A DNA stretch of 60,972 bases, the filler included, from Vannella sp. (Eukaryota): the NCBI GenBank assembly GCA_023345925.1. It is 5 parts of 5 records of this genome, joined end to end, with 100 filler letters (N's around TTAATTAATTAA, not from the genome) between each part and the next. Parts side by side here need not be neighbours in the genome. Positions count along the whole stretch, not along the records: positions 49,926 to 60,972 come from JAJQQN010001209.1; 4 more parts are not named here. One strand, given 5' to 3'. Each line of letters begins with the position of its first letter. Positions within the stretch are counted from its first letter, which is position 1. Below, in pieces: positions 60,558-60,972 of the stretch. Under the pieces are notes generated by a model. That model saw nothing but the letters and a program-made list of their open reading frames with translations, had not been told where the DNA came from and ran no database searches. The position numbers were made by a program, and so were the translations under genes.

Positions 60558-60972
60558 AGGCTTAGAGGATTTGAAAGGTACAATGGTGGACACTAAGAAA
60601 TCCCATAATAGCGATTTTCAGTTCCACCTTGAGTGGGGATTCTCACTTCCCCGAGACAACTTTTCATGCCCACGCCTGCTGTCCACGACCTGATTCAAGA
60701 CTTTATCTTTGACCTCAACGCTCCGCAGAGCAGTGAGCTAGCAGATGGCGAAGTTGCAGCCACCACCCCACAGAACGACTCCGGTGGGGTGGTGGAGGTC
60801 TGTGGTATAAGCGCTGCTTCTTTTCTGGGAGCCTTTGATGCCGAGGTGGGGGTCTGTGGTGCTTCTCCTCTGGTCAATCCCTTCAATCTTGCTGGTAAGC
60901 GCCTACGCATGGAAGGACGGCGATCCCACACGTTTGGCGACGTGTCGGAGCAGTGTGGCGATTGGGAGATTA

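Noticed and set aside
1..60972. CRISPR arrays, rRNA, tRNA, transposons
   Set aside because: None recognised. The ~50-nt periodicity at 5178-5894 is intron/micro-exon structure, not repeat-spacer units.

Overview
Compact, gene-dense eukaryotic (protist) nuclear DNA: five separate contigs joined by artificial N-TTAATTAATTAA-N linkers. It carries about 35 genes with short (~42-75 nt) spliceosomal introns. These have GTRAGN donors and CTRAY-like branch points close to the acceptor, and often lack a polypyrimidine tract. Gene content (RegA-like response regulator-phosphodiesterase, myosin-VII-type MyTH4-FERM-SH3 tail, GbpC/D-like cNMP-GRAM-cNMP modules) suggests an amoebozoan; this is inference. 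The standout is an apparently ORF-less stretch at 5109-5993. It is a 13-exon ankyrin-repeat gene in which ten exons are single codons (3 nt), arranged as two arrays of five. Both arrays encode the same D-x-x-G-x beta-hairpin positions of successive ankyrin repeats, the variable target-binding surface. Other notable items: two U12-type AT-AC introns, two GC-AG introns, an in-frame TGA at codon 7 of a conserved SAPS/PP6R gene, a motorless myosin-VII-like tail protein, a MAP70-like protein, and an unannotated 50-aa ORF. All gene models were built by eye, with no RNA or database evidence.
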